A stretch of 64,000 nt of DNA from a virus: the IMG/VR virus record IMGVR_UViG_3300027519_000002. One strand, 5' to 3'. The translations under genes were made by a program, and so were the position numbers. Under the pieces are notes generated by a model. It worked only from the letters and a program-made list of their open reading frames with translations. It was not told the origin of the DNA and did no database searches. Of this stretch, positions 29,095 to 38,427 are shown piece after piece (the stretch's first letter is position 1; each line of letters begins with the position of its first letter).

Positions 29095-30233
29095 ACGTCC
29101 TCTCGAATGCGTAATGCAACGGGATGGAATGGGCAACCATCTGCTGTAAGGTTAAAGAATTGGACGGTAAGATACTTGCCAATGTTTTGCTCACCTTCGA
29201 GCGCGTGAGTATTCTTTTCTTGGGCATCACCGGGACTGGTAACTTGAAACTCGACTCCGGTATCTGTTTTACAACGATAGATCCCGACTTCTGTACCTTG
29301 ACGGCGATTAGGCTTGCCTCGCAAAACGCCAATGATTTCAAACTCTGCATCTTGGAACGTCTTCACTTTCATTAATGACTTAGAACGTTTGCCTTGCTCG
29401 TAACCAGTACCGTACTGACGAACAATAGTACCTTCGTAACCCTTTTCAAGGTACATACTGTGACGCTCATCTAGGCTTTGTTGATCTTCCACCTTACGTG
29501 AAGCAAGTGGCGACCAGTGCAACGCACATTGGGCGCAATCTGCTGCCATATATAGGCGCATCACTTTCTCCGATCGTTCCGAGTAGCATACGTCAAAGTC
29601 AGTGTCGTACACATGATAATGCAACTTAACTGAGTCAGGTTGCGGTTTCTTAATCAGAGAACCAATGTTTTGAAGTGACTCGCCATGTAAGTAAAGTTCC
29701 CCGTCAAGCGTGGTTCCTGACCAGATACCTTTGTCATACATGCCTTGTAGATCTTTCGCTACGTGTTCAACAGTAAGTAACTTACCTTGGCGCGAGTACA
29801 ACTGAACCTTGCCATCTACTACTGTAGCTAACATTCGGTGACCATCTAGCTTAGGCTGTACCGCAACAGGGAAGTCCCATTGCTTAACCTTTTCGATAGG
29901 CTGCGCTAACATCGGCTTAATTAAACCAAGGCCATTAGTGGCTACTGAGCCTTCTTCTGGTTTGGTTTCGGTGTACCCGTTGTCAATCTTCTTCGCAACT
30001 TTGCTACGAGCTTCGGACACAGCTTGTTCAAGGTAGGTGGTTTCGTTTGCACGGCCAATGTTCTTACCCTCTTTGTACGCGGTTTCGGTTATTACTTCCT
30101 GACCACCAATGACCTTTGCTGACGCTACGGTCATTAAGGCGTGATCACCTTCATCTTCTACACGTACACCCCATGTTCCAATTTTGCCGTTGGAGTGTGC
30201 TTTGTAGAGTAGTTGTTCAAATGCGGGGTTCAT
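29091..30233 (-). CDS. lig: ATP-dependent DNA ligase.
   Basis: Motif I KLDGHR (KxDGxR), motif III DGELY, motif IV EGTIVRQ, motif V LMKVK. Confidence 0.7.
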   Translation of the reverse strand: MNPAFEQLLYKAHSNGKIGTWGVRVEDEGDHALMTVASAKVIGGQEVITETAYKEGKNIGRANETTYLEQAVSEARSKVAKKIDNGYTETKPEEGSVATNGLGLIKPMLAQPIEKVKQWDFPVAVQPKLDGHRMLATVVDGKVQLYSRQGKLLTVEHVAKDLQGMYDKGIWSGTTLDGELYLHGESLQNIGSLIKKPQPDSVKLHYHVYDTDFDVCYSERSEKVMRLYMAADCAQCALHWSPLASRKVEDQQSLDERHSMYLEKGYEGTIVRQYGTGYEQGKRSKSLMKVKTFQDAEFEIIGVLRGKPNRRQGTEVGIYRCKTDTGVEFQVTSPGDAQEKNTHALEGEQNIGKYLTVQFFNLTADGCPFHPVALRIREDV

Positions 30234-30451
30234 GTTGTTATTTTCTCCATCATGTACGCTGTTTTGTCGGCTACTTTTTTGCCTTGGAAGTTAAAAGTGA
30301 CAGCGTGCACGTAACCAGCACCGTCCCTTAATACAATCCAGTCAAGACCGTAACCTTCTATATGGGCTTCTTCATAGGCTATGGTTTCATCACCTAGAAG
30401 CTTTGCACCGTTCCAACCGACCTTCACTTTTTGTCCTACGAGTATGATCAT
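30230..30451 (-). CDS. Small hypothetical protein.
   Basis: 73-aa ORF, translationally coupled. Confidence 0.35.
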   Translation of the reverse strand: MIILVGQKVKVGWNGAKLLGDETIAYEEAHIEGYGLDWIVLRDGAGYVHAVTFNFQGKKVADKTAYMMEKITT

Positions 30452-30459
30452 GGTTTTCC

Positions 30460-31098
30460 TTAGTGATAATAAGTTTCTTTCATCTCAAGTCGGGCATATC
30501 CGTCCTTGAGTTCTAGTTGGTACTCGGCACCTTCAATAAGATCAGCACTTTTAACTGCTGCCTCAATTGCTAGGAAATTGTCCCAAGCCTGGGACTCTGG
30601 CCAAGTAGATGTATATTTGCGATAAAACTTCCTAATACCTTTGCGCATGTAGGCTAAGGCGTATTCAGTGAAGTCCTCGAAGCTACTAGCGGTGTAGCTC
30701 TCTACTCCGTGTCTACACCCACTTCTAGACATTTCAATGATTGCAAGGAAGTCTTCATCGAAGATGTGTTTGTGAGTTATAGGTGCTTCTCTACGTTTAT
30801 TGCTTCGCATGTATATGCTGTAAAGTTCAGGTAAATCGCTGGATAGGCCTTCATCGGTAATTACACTCGAATATCTGACTCTTATGGCCCACGCTACTGC
30901 GATGGCTGACAACTCATCTTCTACTGAGCCAATGGCATTAATACCGTTTACGTGTTCTACGTAGTCATGTGCAAGCAGGGTTCCTACGCCTGTGTCTAAC
31001 GATAAGTAGCTTTTTGGTATCTGTCGTTTGTCTCTAAGACCTAGTTCACCTGATACTGGACAGGGTTCGCATATAAGTGTTGAACGTAGTTGGATCAT
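30460..31098 (-). CDS. Hypothetical protein.
   Basis: 212-aa ORF, ATGA overlap with the upstream gene. Confidence 0.4.
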   Translation of the reverse strand: MIQLRSTLICEPCPVSGELGLRDKRQIPKSYLSLDTGVGTLLAHDYVEHVNGINAIGSVEDELSAIAVAWAIRVRYSSVITDEGLSSDLPELYSIYMRSNKRREAPITHKHIFDEDFLAIIEMSRSGCRHGVESYTASSFEDFTEYALAYMRKGIRKFYRKYTSTWPESQAWDNFLAIEAAVKSADLIEGAEYQLELKDGYARLEMKETYYH

Positions 31099-31469
31099 GG
31101 TTTTCTCCAGACAACACTAATTTTAGGCTTTATAGGTTTACCTACGTCTTCACCTAGGTAAGCATCTTGGCACTTTTTAAAGAACCACAACTCACATTCA
31201 ATCTTGTAGACGATAGGCTCATCTTGGGGACTCACCAAATCCATTACTTGTGGGAAAATGAACTGGTCTAACGGATTCCCAGCGTGTTTATAGTCAACCC
31301 CTATAATGCTAGTGTCACCGTACTCACCCGTAGCAACGTAAAATGTTGCAGGGTACTTTCCAGGTTCAGGGTACAAGTGCCCCCATGTACTAGTCATTGT
31401 GTTGTGTTTCTTTTTCTGCCCGAAGGCGTCAACAACAGGCATACTTTTCTCCAGATACAAAAAAGCCAC
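31095..31469 (-). CDS. Hypothetical protein.
   Basis: 124-aa ORF. Confidence 0.4.
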   Translation of the reverse strand: MAFLYLEKSMPVVDAFGQKKKHNTMTSTWGHLYPEPGKYPATFYVATGEYGDTSIIGVDYKHAGNPLDQFIFPQVMDLVSPQDEPIVYKIECELWFFKKCQDAYLGEDVGKPIKPKISVVWRKP

Positions 31470-31484
31470 CTAATAAGGTGGCTT
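31458..31484 (-). terminator. AAGCCACC(taataa)GGTGGCTT plus T-run on the minus strand.
   Basis: 8-bp inverted repeat after the SPFH gene stop, with a poly-A on the plus strand (poly-U in the minus-strand transcript). Confidence 0.55.
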
Positions 31485-31505
31485 GTCGTTTAAATTGAAT
31501 TGGGC

Positions 31506-32360
31506 TTATCGGCCTCTGATGTCCATGATAGGCATGGAACCTTCACCCATAATGGTAGCTGGAAGCTTACCATCCCAATTTTGGGCTTCTGTAAGTTTGA
31601 TGATCAGCGGGTTATCACGTAGTGCTTTCGCCTTAGCTTCAATGGCTGCTGCTTCAGCTAGACCTTTAAGTCGAATGGCATCAGCTTCTGCTTTAGCAAT
31701 GGCCTCAATACCTTCTGCACGCGCTTTGTCAGTGTTAACGCCACGCTGTGCTTCAAGACCTTGACGAGCAAGCTTATGCTCTTCTGCTGCTGCTAGGTTC
31801 TTTTCAGTTTGCTTGGTTTCAATTGAGGCCAAGTACTTCTTAGGTAGAGTGATGTTCTCAATCTGCAAGTCACCCACTTTAATCGGGTAGCCGGCCATTT
31901 CTTCTAACAGAAGACCTTCAATCTGCATGATTGCAGTACTACGGTCTTGAATAAGCTGTTCTGCTTCAAAGCGAGGGATAACTGCTTTAACTGCGCTACG
32001 TAGGCGAGGGTCTAAAATACGTGCTTCGAACTGGGCTAGGCCACCGTATTCTTTATACATGCTCAACGCTGATTTGCGGTCAACCGTCCAGTTAACTGCT
32101 ACTGCAACATTAACCGGCATTTGTTCTGCGGTAGATGAAGGCATCAGTTCTTTGTTCTGACGGGTACGCACTTCAATTTCTTCAACCGTTTCAACGAAAG
32201 GTACTTTGAAATGCAGACCAGGGTTTACTTGTTCTTTGGCTTCACCGAAGTTTTTGACGATACCTACGTGACCTTCTTCAATAGTGTAGGCGGCAAGGAA
32301 CATAGTAATAGCGATAAATAGGGCAGCAATGCCACCTAAGATAGATTTAATTGGAATCAA
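31506..32360 (-). CDS. SPFH/band-7 (prohibitin/HflC-like) membrane protein.
   Basis: N-terminal TM (GGIAALFIAITMFLAAY), then EEGHVGIVKNFGE, and a C-terminal Ala/Glu-rich coiled-coil (AEADAIRLKGLAEAAAIEAKAKAL). Confidence 0.65.
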   Translation of the reverse strand: MIPIKSILGGIAALFIAITMFLAAYTIEEGHVGIVKNFGEAKEQVNPGLHFKVPFVETVEEIEVRTRQNKELMPSSTAEQMPVNVAVAVNWTVDRKSALSMYKEYGGLAQFEARILDPRLRSAVKAVIPRFEAEQLIQDRSTAIMQIEGLLLEEMAGYPIKVGDLQIENITLPKKYLASIETKQTEKNLAAAEEHKLARQGLEAQRGVNTDKARAEGIEAIAKAEADAIRLKGLAEAAAIEAKAKALRDNPLIIKLTEAQNWDGKLPATIMGEGSMPIMDIRGR

Positions 32361-32404
32361 TGGTTTTACTCTTGTTATGGTTTTAGGAAAAGGGTTCTTA
32401 CTTA

Positions 32405-32620
32405 CTAAGCAACTAGGTCTTTCAACTTGTTGCGCATGTTCACTGCTAACACTTCGTCTTTTACAGCTTGATCTGCTTTTGCCTGCTGTTCTCTAGCTTT
32501 TTCAGTTAGCTTTTTACGTTTGGTTTCGGCATTTTTGCGTTGCTTCTGCGCTTTGATTGCAGCGCGGTCACATAGCTTTGTGGCTGATTTAAGAAGTGTA
32601 GATACAGAAATATTGAACAT
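32405..32620 (-). CDS. Small basic hypothetical protein.
   Basis: 71 aa, K/R/Q-rich. Confidence 0.35.
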   Translation of the reverse strand: MFNISVSTLLKSATKLCDRAAIKAQKQRKNAETKRKKLTEKAREQQAKADQAVKDEVLAVNMRNKLKDLVA

Positions 32621-32750
32621 GATTTTTTACTCAGTAAGGAAGGAATTTAAGAATGGGTGACACGACCTAAAGGGGTCTTTAAATCTGCTTAACAATTTGC
32701 TGATTCTGGCTAGTGTCATCGCCTAGCTTGATGCCTATGAGGACATCCAA

Positions 32751-33710
32751 CTATGAGGTTAGGGCTTTCCAGATCTGACCATGGGGTGAGTCAGTTAAGA
32801 TTTCGTTCCACTGTTGAGCCAGTGTTTGAATCTCTTTCTGGGCATGAGAGTCGATACGTTGGTCGTATGCTCGTTTCCATGCGTTTAATGAAGCGGTCAC
32901 ATAATAGCTTGTAAGCATGTTCTGTGGCAAGAGGCTTCTTGCTTGTTCTGGCGCAAAACCATCTTTAATGTCTTCATCGTAATTCTGACCGGCAGCTACT
33001 GTTCGGGAACGACTAAACACTGCCATGCTTTTACTGTCTGGGTGAATGTCGCCACTACCTTGCTTAATCGAACCATCTGGACGACTACGCCACTCTTTAA
33101 TGTGGTAGAACTCAGGTGTGTCATCTACGTATCTACGTGACACTTCATTGTAGGTAGTGCCGACCATGTGCTTAAAGCGCTGACGAGCGATGAAGATAGG
33201 AATAGTTTCACGCATCGTTACGTCAACGAATGCAGGGTCTAGTTCAATTTCTGGTTCCCATGCCTGATACTGCACTGGATTTAGTGTATCTACTTCTGGC
33301 ATTAATGCTTTGGCACAATGAGGTACTTTTTCAAATAAGAAGTTGATAACAGAGTCACGGTACTCAGGTGTAATCATTCCCATGCGAAGAATGTTAACCC
33401 AACCGAATAACGAAGTTCTGAACTTGAACTCACCTGTTTCAAGATTGGTTCTCCATACTGCTGAAGCAATATGTTCAGGGTCGATATTGAGTAGGTTAAT
33501 GAAAGGTTGGTCTGCAATCAGCGTGAAACGCACATGACTGAACGGAGTCCAGTGCCGGTGATCGGCAAGGTAATGTACCAGACCTTCATCTGAACCTTTT
33601 GGTTTATCTTTGCGGAACGTGAATACGCTTGATTCTTTGTCCATTGAGACACGCGCTGCGTTTACGCAGAGCAGGTCGTCATTATTATGTAGTACTAATT
33701 CAGCCTTCAT
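32751..33710 (-). CDS. thyX: Flavin-dependent thymidylate synthase ThyX.
   Basis: N-terminus MKAELVLH...VNAARVS (ThyX AARxC/S region), HWTPFSHVRFTL (HxSxFEHxxFTF-like) and RQRFKHMVGTTYNEVSRRY (RHR...S.RY-like motif). Confidence 0.55.
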   Translation of the reverse strand: MKAELVLHNNDDLLCVNAARVSMDKESSVFTFRKDKPKGSDEGLVHYLADHRHWTPFSHVRFTLIADQPFINLLNIDPEHIASAVWRTNLETGEFKFRTSLFGWVNILRMGMITPEYRDSVINFLFEKVPHCAKALMPEVDTLNPVQYQAWEPEIELDPAFVDVTMRETIPIFIARQRFKHMVGTTYNEVSRRYVDDTPEFYHIKEWRSRPDGSIKQGSGDIHPDSKSMAVFSRSRTVAAGQNYDEDIKDGFAPEQARSLLPQNMLTSYYVTASLNAWKRAYDQRIDSHAQKEIQTLAQQWNEILTDSPHGQIWKALTS

Positions 33711-34003
33711 CTATCTCTCTCAAAGGTTGTGGCTTCTATGTTGGGGAATGGTTTACGTAGAGTTCTGATCTGCTCCACAAGTACACCATCCACATCTCTT
33801 TCAAACATTACGGACTTAAAGCCCATACTGTAAAAAATGTTGTTCAGTGCCTTGTAGTCGTAGTAAGTGAACCTACCGCGTAAGGCGAATACACAAACTA
33901 GTTGTTTAGTGGGGTAGGACACATTGAATGTGCAGTACTCCCTACGCCATACCTGCTGAACGTTCTGTACCTCGAAGCTTACGTCTTTATGAGCGCAGTT
34001 CAT
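33707..34003 (-). CDS. Hypothetical protein.
   Basis: 98-aa ORF. Confidence 0.35.
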   Translation of the reverse strand: MNCAHKDVSFEVQNVQQVWRREYCTFNVSYPTKQLVCVFALRGRFTYYDYKALNNIFYSMGFKSVMFERDVDGVLVEQIRTLRKPFPNIEATTFERDR

Positions 34004-34481
34004 GGTAAGTACCGTTTAACAGGTCTTGGTATTGGTCAATGGGAACCAAGGCCCATTTGGGTTTTCTTTTGTGTGTGATCACCATGGTCACATCTTCGTC
34101 TTCGGGAGCAATGCCCTGACGTAACGTGTCGAAAGGGATAGTGGGTGCGTCAATACCTAGACGAGGAATGTCACGAATTTTGTGTTGGGTGATCTTGGCG
34201 TAAACCATCTGCTCACTAATGCCTAGCGCTTCTGCCATCTCAGGAGGGCTGTAACACTCTTTCCAAAGGACTTTAAGGCTTTCTATGATCTGCTCTTCAC
34301 GCTTCTCTGAGCCGCTTGGCAGCTTCCAAAGCTTACGTCTACTCCATATCGTGTCTTTGGTGACACCAAATATGAATGCGATTTCTGAGTCAGATTTACA
34401 TTTGTTAATGAGGTCTTCGATCTCGGCTCTATCCGATTCGAAAGGTGGTTTGCGGAGAATAGGGGGGAATGTTCTGTTCAT
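33987..34481 (-). CDS. Putative DNA-binding protein with two HTH-like segments.
   Basis: 164 aa, containing SEIAFIFGVTKDTIWSRRK and PEMAEALGISEQMVYAKI. Confidence 0.35.
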   Translation of the reverse strand: MNRTFPPILRKPPFESDRAEIEDLINKCKSDSEIAFIFGVTKDTIWSRRKLWKLPSGSEKREEQIIESLKVLWKECYSPPEMAEALGISEQMVYAKITQHKIRDIPRLGIDAPTIPFDTLRQGIAPEDEDVTMVITHKRKPKWALVPIDQYQDLLNGTYHELRS

Positions 34482-34541
34482 GTGGGACTTATAGAAGTGG
34501 TGGAACAGAGCATTCCCTGTTCCACTTAGTGTGGAAAGGGT

Positions 34542-34754
34542 TTAGCGCATACGTCGTGCGCGGAGTAATTTCTCATGGTCTGTGGCGCAATCTGCATCAC
34601 AGAAAAGTTTTTGGTCTTCAACCGGCTCTTCGCAGTTATAACAACTGCCCTTAGCTACAATGGTTGGTTTAGAGTTAGCGCGTGCGGCAGCAATAGCGCG
34701 TTGACGGGATTCTTCTTCAATGGCTGAAGCTTTATCAACTGGATCTGCAAACAT
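34542..34754 (-). CDS. DksA/TraR-family C4 zinc-finger protein.
   Basis: C-terminal CYNCEEPV...CDADC in a 70-aa basic protein. Confidence 0.5.
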   Translation of the reverse strand: MFADPVDKASAIEEESRQRAIAAARANSKPTIVAKGSCYNCEEPVEDQKLFCDADCATDHEKLLRARRMR

Positions 34755-34761
34755 AATGACC

Positions 34762-35244
34762 TCATGCAGTAAGTGGTAAGATTTCGTTTTCTTCGTTCTT
34801 CACGAACTCCAATGCACCAAGTTGCGTTAACAACTTATACGCTTGGTCTTCGTTCCAAATGTGCTTGTATGGGGTAGCCAGCCAACCAACACTTAGTAAG
34901 TGCTTTCTATTGAATCCGTCAATTAGGGTCTTGTGGTGCTTGTTTAAGGTATTAACCATGTCCTTCTGAAACTGAGGGTCTGTGACCTCAATCTCTTCAG
35001 ATTTCATGTATGGCTTACCAAAATCGTCAATCCCGAAAACAGCAATAAATACAGTCCATTTGTGCCGAATATTCGAAATGAGTTGGAAAGTGTCCTGTGT
35101 CATGGGGATTAACTGAGAATTAGTTAATGATAGGAACTGACACGGACCTTGTGCAGGAACACAACCGATAGCTGTGTTTTTTAGCCGTGCTCTGGCAAGA
35201 GCTTCGGCCTGTTTCAGCGGGTTAAACTTCTTCCGCTTGCGCAT
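34762..35244 (-). CDS. Hypothetical protein.
   Basis: 160-aa ORF. Confidence 0.4.
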   Translation of the reverse strand: MRKRKKFNPLKQAEALARARLKNTAIGCVPAQGPCQFLSLTNSQLIPMTQDTFQLISNIRHKWTVFIAVFGIDDFGKPYMKSEEIEVTDPQFQKDMVNTLNKHHKTLIDGFNRKHLLSVGWLATPYKHIWNEDQAYKLLTQLGALEFVKNEENEILPLTA

Positions 35245-35307
35245 AACAGTACCTGTTTAAATTATAAAATCAAGGGGAAAAGCCCTACAAACGTAGGGCA
35301 ATCCGGT

Positions 35308-37884
35308 TTACGCAGCTTCTGCTTCTGTTAAAAAGTCTTGGATAACTGCTTTGATAGTGCTCTGGTCGGCACCATTTGGTAGTTCGATTTCGTCTTTCCA
35401 AGTCGGGTAGAACAAGGATAGTTCCCCACCTAATCCAACACTCTCATGTTGAATTTCAGGGAGTTCTTGCCATTCCATACATTCCACTAGGTTGCTGTTC
35501 AGCCACTCAACTGCCGCTAGGTCGTCGCGTACTAAGAAGTACTGGGCATCGTGGATATGGGCTACTGGTAGAATGTCGTATCGGAAGTCTGAATCGAATG
35601 TGCGCTCTTGCAGCTCAATGCCAGCGCGATTGTTAAGCAAGCCGTAAGATTGACCAAGTGCGTTACCTGCGGTACGCCCTTCTGATTTAGCTTCGTAAGG
35701 GGTTCTTGATGAGCCCATCAAACATTGCTTAATCACTGGCGTTCTTACTCTTAGACCGAAAGCGACTGTGACGTAACCGTCGATAGCAGCCTGGTCAATC
35801 TTCTCTTGAACCCAATTATCTGACCACTCATATAAGCGGTGATAGTTGCGCTCAATAGACTGTGCTTCTTCTTTGGTTAGTCCAAGGCCCATCAATCCGT
35901 GGTATGTCCCACCATAGGTGAGTAGGAATGTTGGTGACTTAGACTTCTGCCTGAACTCAGGGTATTTCTTCTTAATGCTGTTAATCGACTCAACGGAGTT
36001 GGGGTCAATGTCGAGCATGTTGTTTCCAAAGTACCCGTAAGCCCGTAGACAGTGCCCATCGTAACCATCGGTATAAACCTTTAGCTTCTCTGGGTCTTTA
36101 GTGGTTAAGGCTGAAATGCGGTCTTCTAGTGAAGCAAAGTCTGCTCCCATGAATACCCAACCTTCCGGTGCTGCAAAGCACGACTTAACCAGTTTTGCAT
36201 ACGTTGCCCCTGTTGAGGGAATGTTCTGCATGTTCGGGCCTGACGAACTAAGTCGGCCTGATACTGTACCGCCAATGTTAAAGTTACCGTGCAAGTAATA
36301 GTGCCCGTCAGACTTAAGAACGGCACCTTCAAATGCTTTGATAAACGTACCTAAGATCTTATCTGCGTCATAGAACGCAACACAGGTCTTAAGTAATTCT
36401 TTAATGTCTTCACGCTCGGTGACTGCGTAAAGTTTCATTAGCGTTTCACCACCACAGGCTCCAGCACCACTATCGGTCTTATCGATAATGTCGAACTGTA
36501 GGTAGTCATACAGGAAGCGCTGCATCATCGGATTAGAGTTAGGGTTGAAGACGATGTGTTCAAAGTCTTCTATTGGTTTAACCTTTGTCTTCAGTTCCGC
36601 GTTGCGCTTGTTCATTGCTGCTTCACGTTCTAGGTACACGAACTGTTCAATGTCAGGGTGTGACTGAAGCACCTTGTGACAACGAGCAATCTCTTTCTCT
36701 AGCACGTTACGTGCATATTTGACCTGCGCCATATCAATAGGCATACCGGTCAATTCCATCTGCAGTACGACTTTCACGGAAGGTTTTAACATCTTCTCGT
36801 AAACGTCTACCTGCTTGTCTTTGACCATAGTTGGGTAGTGCTTATTGTGTACGTACCAAGTAGCTAAAGTGTCCTTGAGCTGGTATACCTCAAGTTGCTC
36901 TTTGGTTAGCTTGGTAATGTCTTTCACATCTTCGGCAAAGTTGCCGGTGAACTCATGCGATTGGTCTTTCAAGCCAAGGCTGTTACCTGCACAAGAGTTT
37001 GTGGCCACGTAAGTAATTAACTTAGTGTCATCGAAATTACGGGTGAGTACTTCGATCCCTTGCTGCTTACCAATCTCGTCAAGAAGGCCACTCATAAACA
37101 GTGTATTTATGAGGATCTTCATATCGTAGTTGGCGTTGTGATAGATGCACTTACCGCGGTAAGTAAAGAAGAAGTCTTTAAGTAGGCCTCTCACTTTGCT
37201 GTTAGGTTCGTGGTAATCATCACACCAGATAACGACACCGTTATGTTGATCCCAGGCAAAGCCAATAGTCACAACACCGGTTTCCCAGAACTTAAGGCTC
37301 AGCGTTTCGGTGTCAACCGTTAACGCGTCATATTGCTTAAGGTCTTGGAGTACAGAATAGACCTCATTAGGGTCACGTATGTATTTCGCTGAGTGGATGA
37401 TGTTAGTACCAATTTCTTCGTACTGTCCTTTACTCACATCAGCTAGGGTTTTGAGGCCCATATCCAGTTTGTCTTTCAGGTCTGGGTTATAGAATAGGGC
37501 AGAGTAGTTCACACCAAGTATGACCTGCATATCCGTGTAACCATCTACGATGCACGGTAACGCATAGCCGTGGTGCGGCTCTGCTTTCTTCTCACCTGTT
37601 AATACTTTGAAGTACTCAGCATCAGGTACATATAAGTACTTAACGCCTTGTTCTTTAAGTATCGGCATTAGGTCTTGTAGGTAAGCACGCATTACCTTTA
37701 CAGGGGCTTTCTTACCTTTCGGGCCGTATACCAAGTCAAACGCTATTACGTCCTTTGGTTTAATACCAAGGGAACGCAATGGCTGAATGTAGTTTGTCTC
37801 CATTTGAGACTGCTTAAGTGACGAGCTCTTAATGAGAATCGCCACCTTAAACTCTGTGTTATCTCTGAAGATAATGTGTTGCAT
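35308..37884 (-). CDS. Family A DNA polymerase with 3'-5' exonuclease domain.
   Basis: Exo I DTETLS, Exo II YHNANYDMK, pol motif B KSPTFLLTYGG, motif C VAHIHDAQY. 858 aa. Confidence 0.85.
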   Translation of the reverse strand: MQHIIFRDNTEFKVAILIKSSSLKQSQMETNYIQPLRSLGIKPKDVIAFDLVYGPKGKKAPVKVMRAYLQDLMPILKEQGVKYLYVPDAEYFKVLTGEKKAEPHHGYALPCIVDGYTDMQVILGVNYSALFYNPDLKDKLDMGLKTLADVSKGQYEEIGTNIIHSAKYIRDPNEVYSVLQDLKQYDALTVDTETLSLKFWETGVVTIGFAWDQHNGVVIWCDDYHEPNSKVRGLLKDFFFTYRGKCIYHNANYDMKILINTLFMSGLLDEIGKQQGIEVLTRNFDDTKLITYVATNSCAGNSLGLKDQSHEFTGNFAEDVKDITKLTKEQLEVYQLKDTLATWYVHNKHYPTMVKDKQVDVYEKMLKPSVKVVLQMELTGMPIDMAQVKYARNVLEKEIARCHKVLQSHPDIEQFVYLEREAAMNKRNAELKTKVKPIEDFEHIVFNPNSNPMMQRFLYDYLQFDIIDKTDSGAGACGGETLMKLYAVTEREDIKELLKTCVAFYDADKILGTFIKAFEGAVLKSDGHYYLHGNFNIGGTVSGRLSSSGPNMQNIPSTGATYAKLVKSCFAAPEGWVFMGADFASLEDRISALTTKDPEKLKVYTDGYDGHCLRAYGYFGNNMLDIDPNSVESINSIKKKYPEFRQKSKSPTFLLTYGGTYHGLMGLGLTKEEAQSIERNYHRLYEWSDNWVQEKIDQAAIDGYVTVAFGLRVRTPVIKQCLMGSSRTPYEAKSEGRTAGNALGQSYGLLNNRAGIELQERTFDSDFRYDILPVAHIHDAQYFLVRDDLAAVEWLNSNLVECMEWQELPEIQHESVGLGGELSLFYPTWKDEIELPNGADQSTIKAVIQDFLTEAEAA

Positions 37885-37887
37885 GTG

Positions 37888-38427
37888 TTATGCCTTTAGC
37901 GTGTTAAGAATCAACTGCATCTTTAACAACTTCACGCCTTCGGCACTTTCCTCAAGGTACTGCGAAACCTCTATTTCATTCAGTGAAGGCTCAACACCGT
38001 CGATCTTCTCTGGTAGGGCTGGTTTCACACAATCGGGGAATAACAAATGTAAATCGGTGGAGTTACCTGCCTTGTTTAGCGTCTGGTTTATATAACCATT
38101 AACTTCATGTTGGCGGTAAGTGTGTCGCTCCCATTCGTCACTGTGGCCTTGAAACTCATCAACGAGTGAAGCGTGTAGTCTTCGTAATTGGAAGGGCTGT
38201 AGCTTTGCTAAGGAATGAATGAAAGGCTCTCCGCGAAATCTGAACCCGGCAACAGAGTCAGTTTTTTCCCTTTGAGCCAATGCAATTCTATCTACAACCT
38301 TTTGCCGCGATGCGTGGAACGCATCTAAAATTAATTGCTGAATTTGTTGTTGTGCCTGTACTTTCCAGTAGCGATTAGGCGACTGCTGATTTGAGTGCTG
38401 TTGCGATGTCAATGCGTGCTTCTCCAA
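37888..38427 (-). CDS. Hypothetical protein. N-terminal region overlaps the helicase gene, so the true start may be internal.
   Basis: 179-aa ORF. Confidence 0.35.
   Translation of the reverse strand: MEKHALTSQQHSNQQSPNRYWKVQAQQQIQQLILDAFHASRQKVVDRIALAQREKTDSVAGFRFRGEPFIHSLAKLQPFQLRRLHASLVDEFQGHSDEWERHTYRQHEVNGYINQTLNKAGNSTDLHLLFPDCVKPALPEKIDGVEPSLNEIEVSQYLEESAEGVKLLKMQLILNTLKA

Noticed and set aside
29066-29375. ORFs 29066-29350(-) and 29124-29375(+) overlapping the DNA ligase gene.
   Set aside because: Out-of-frame overlaps with a gene that has the full ligase motif set I to V.
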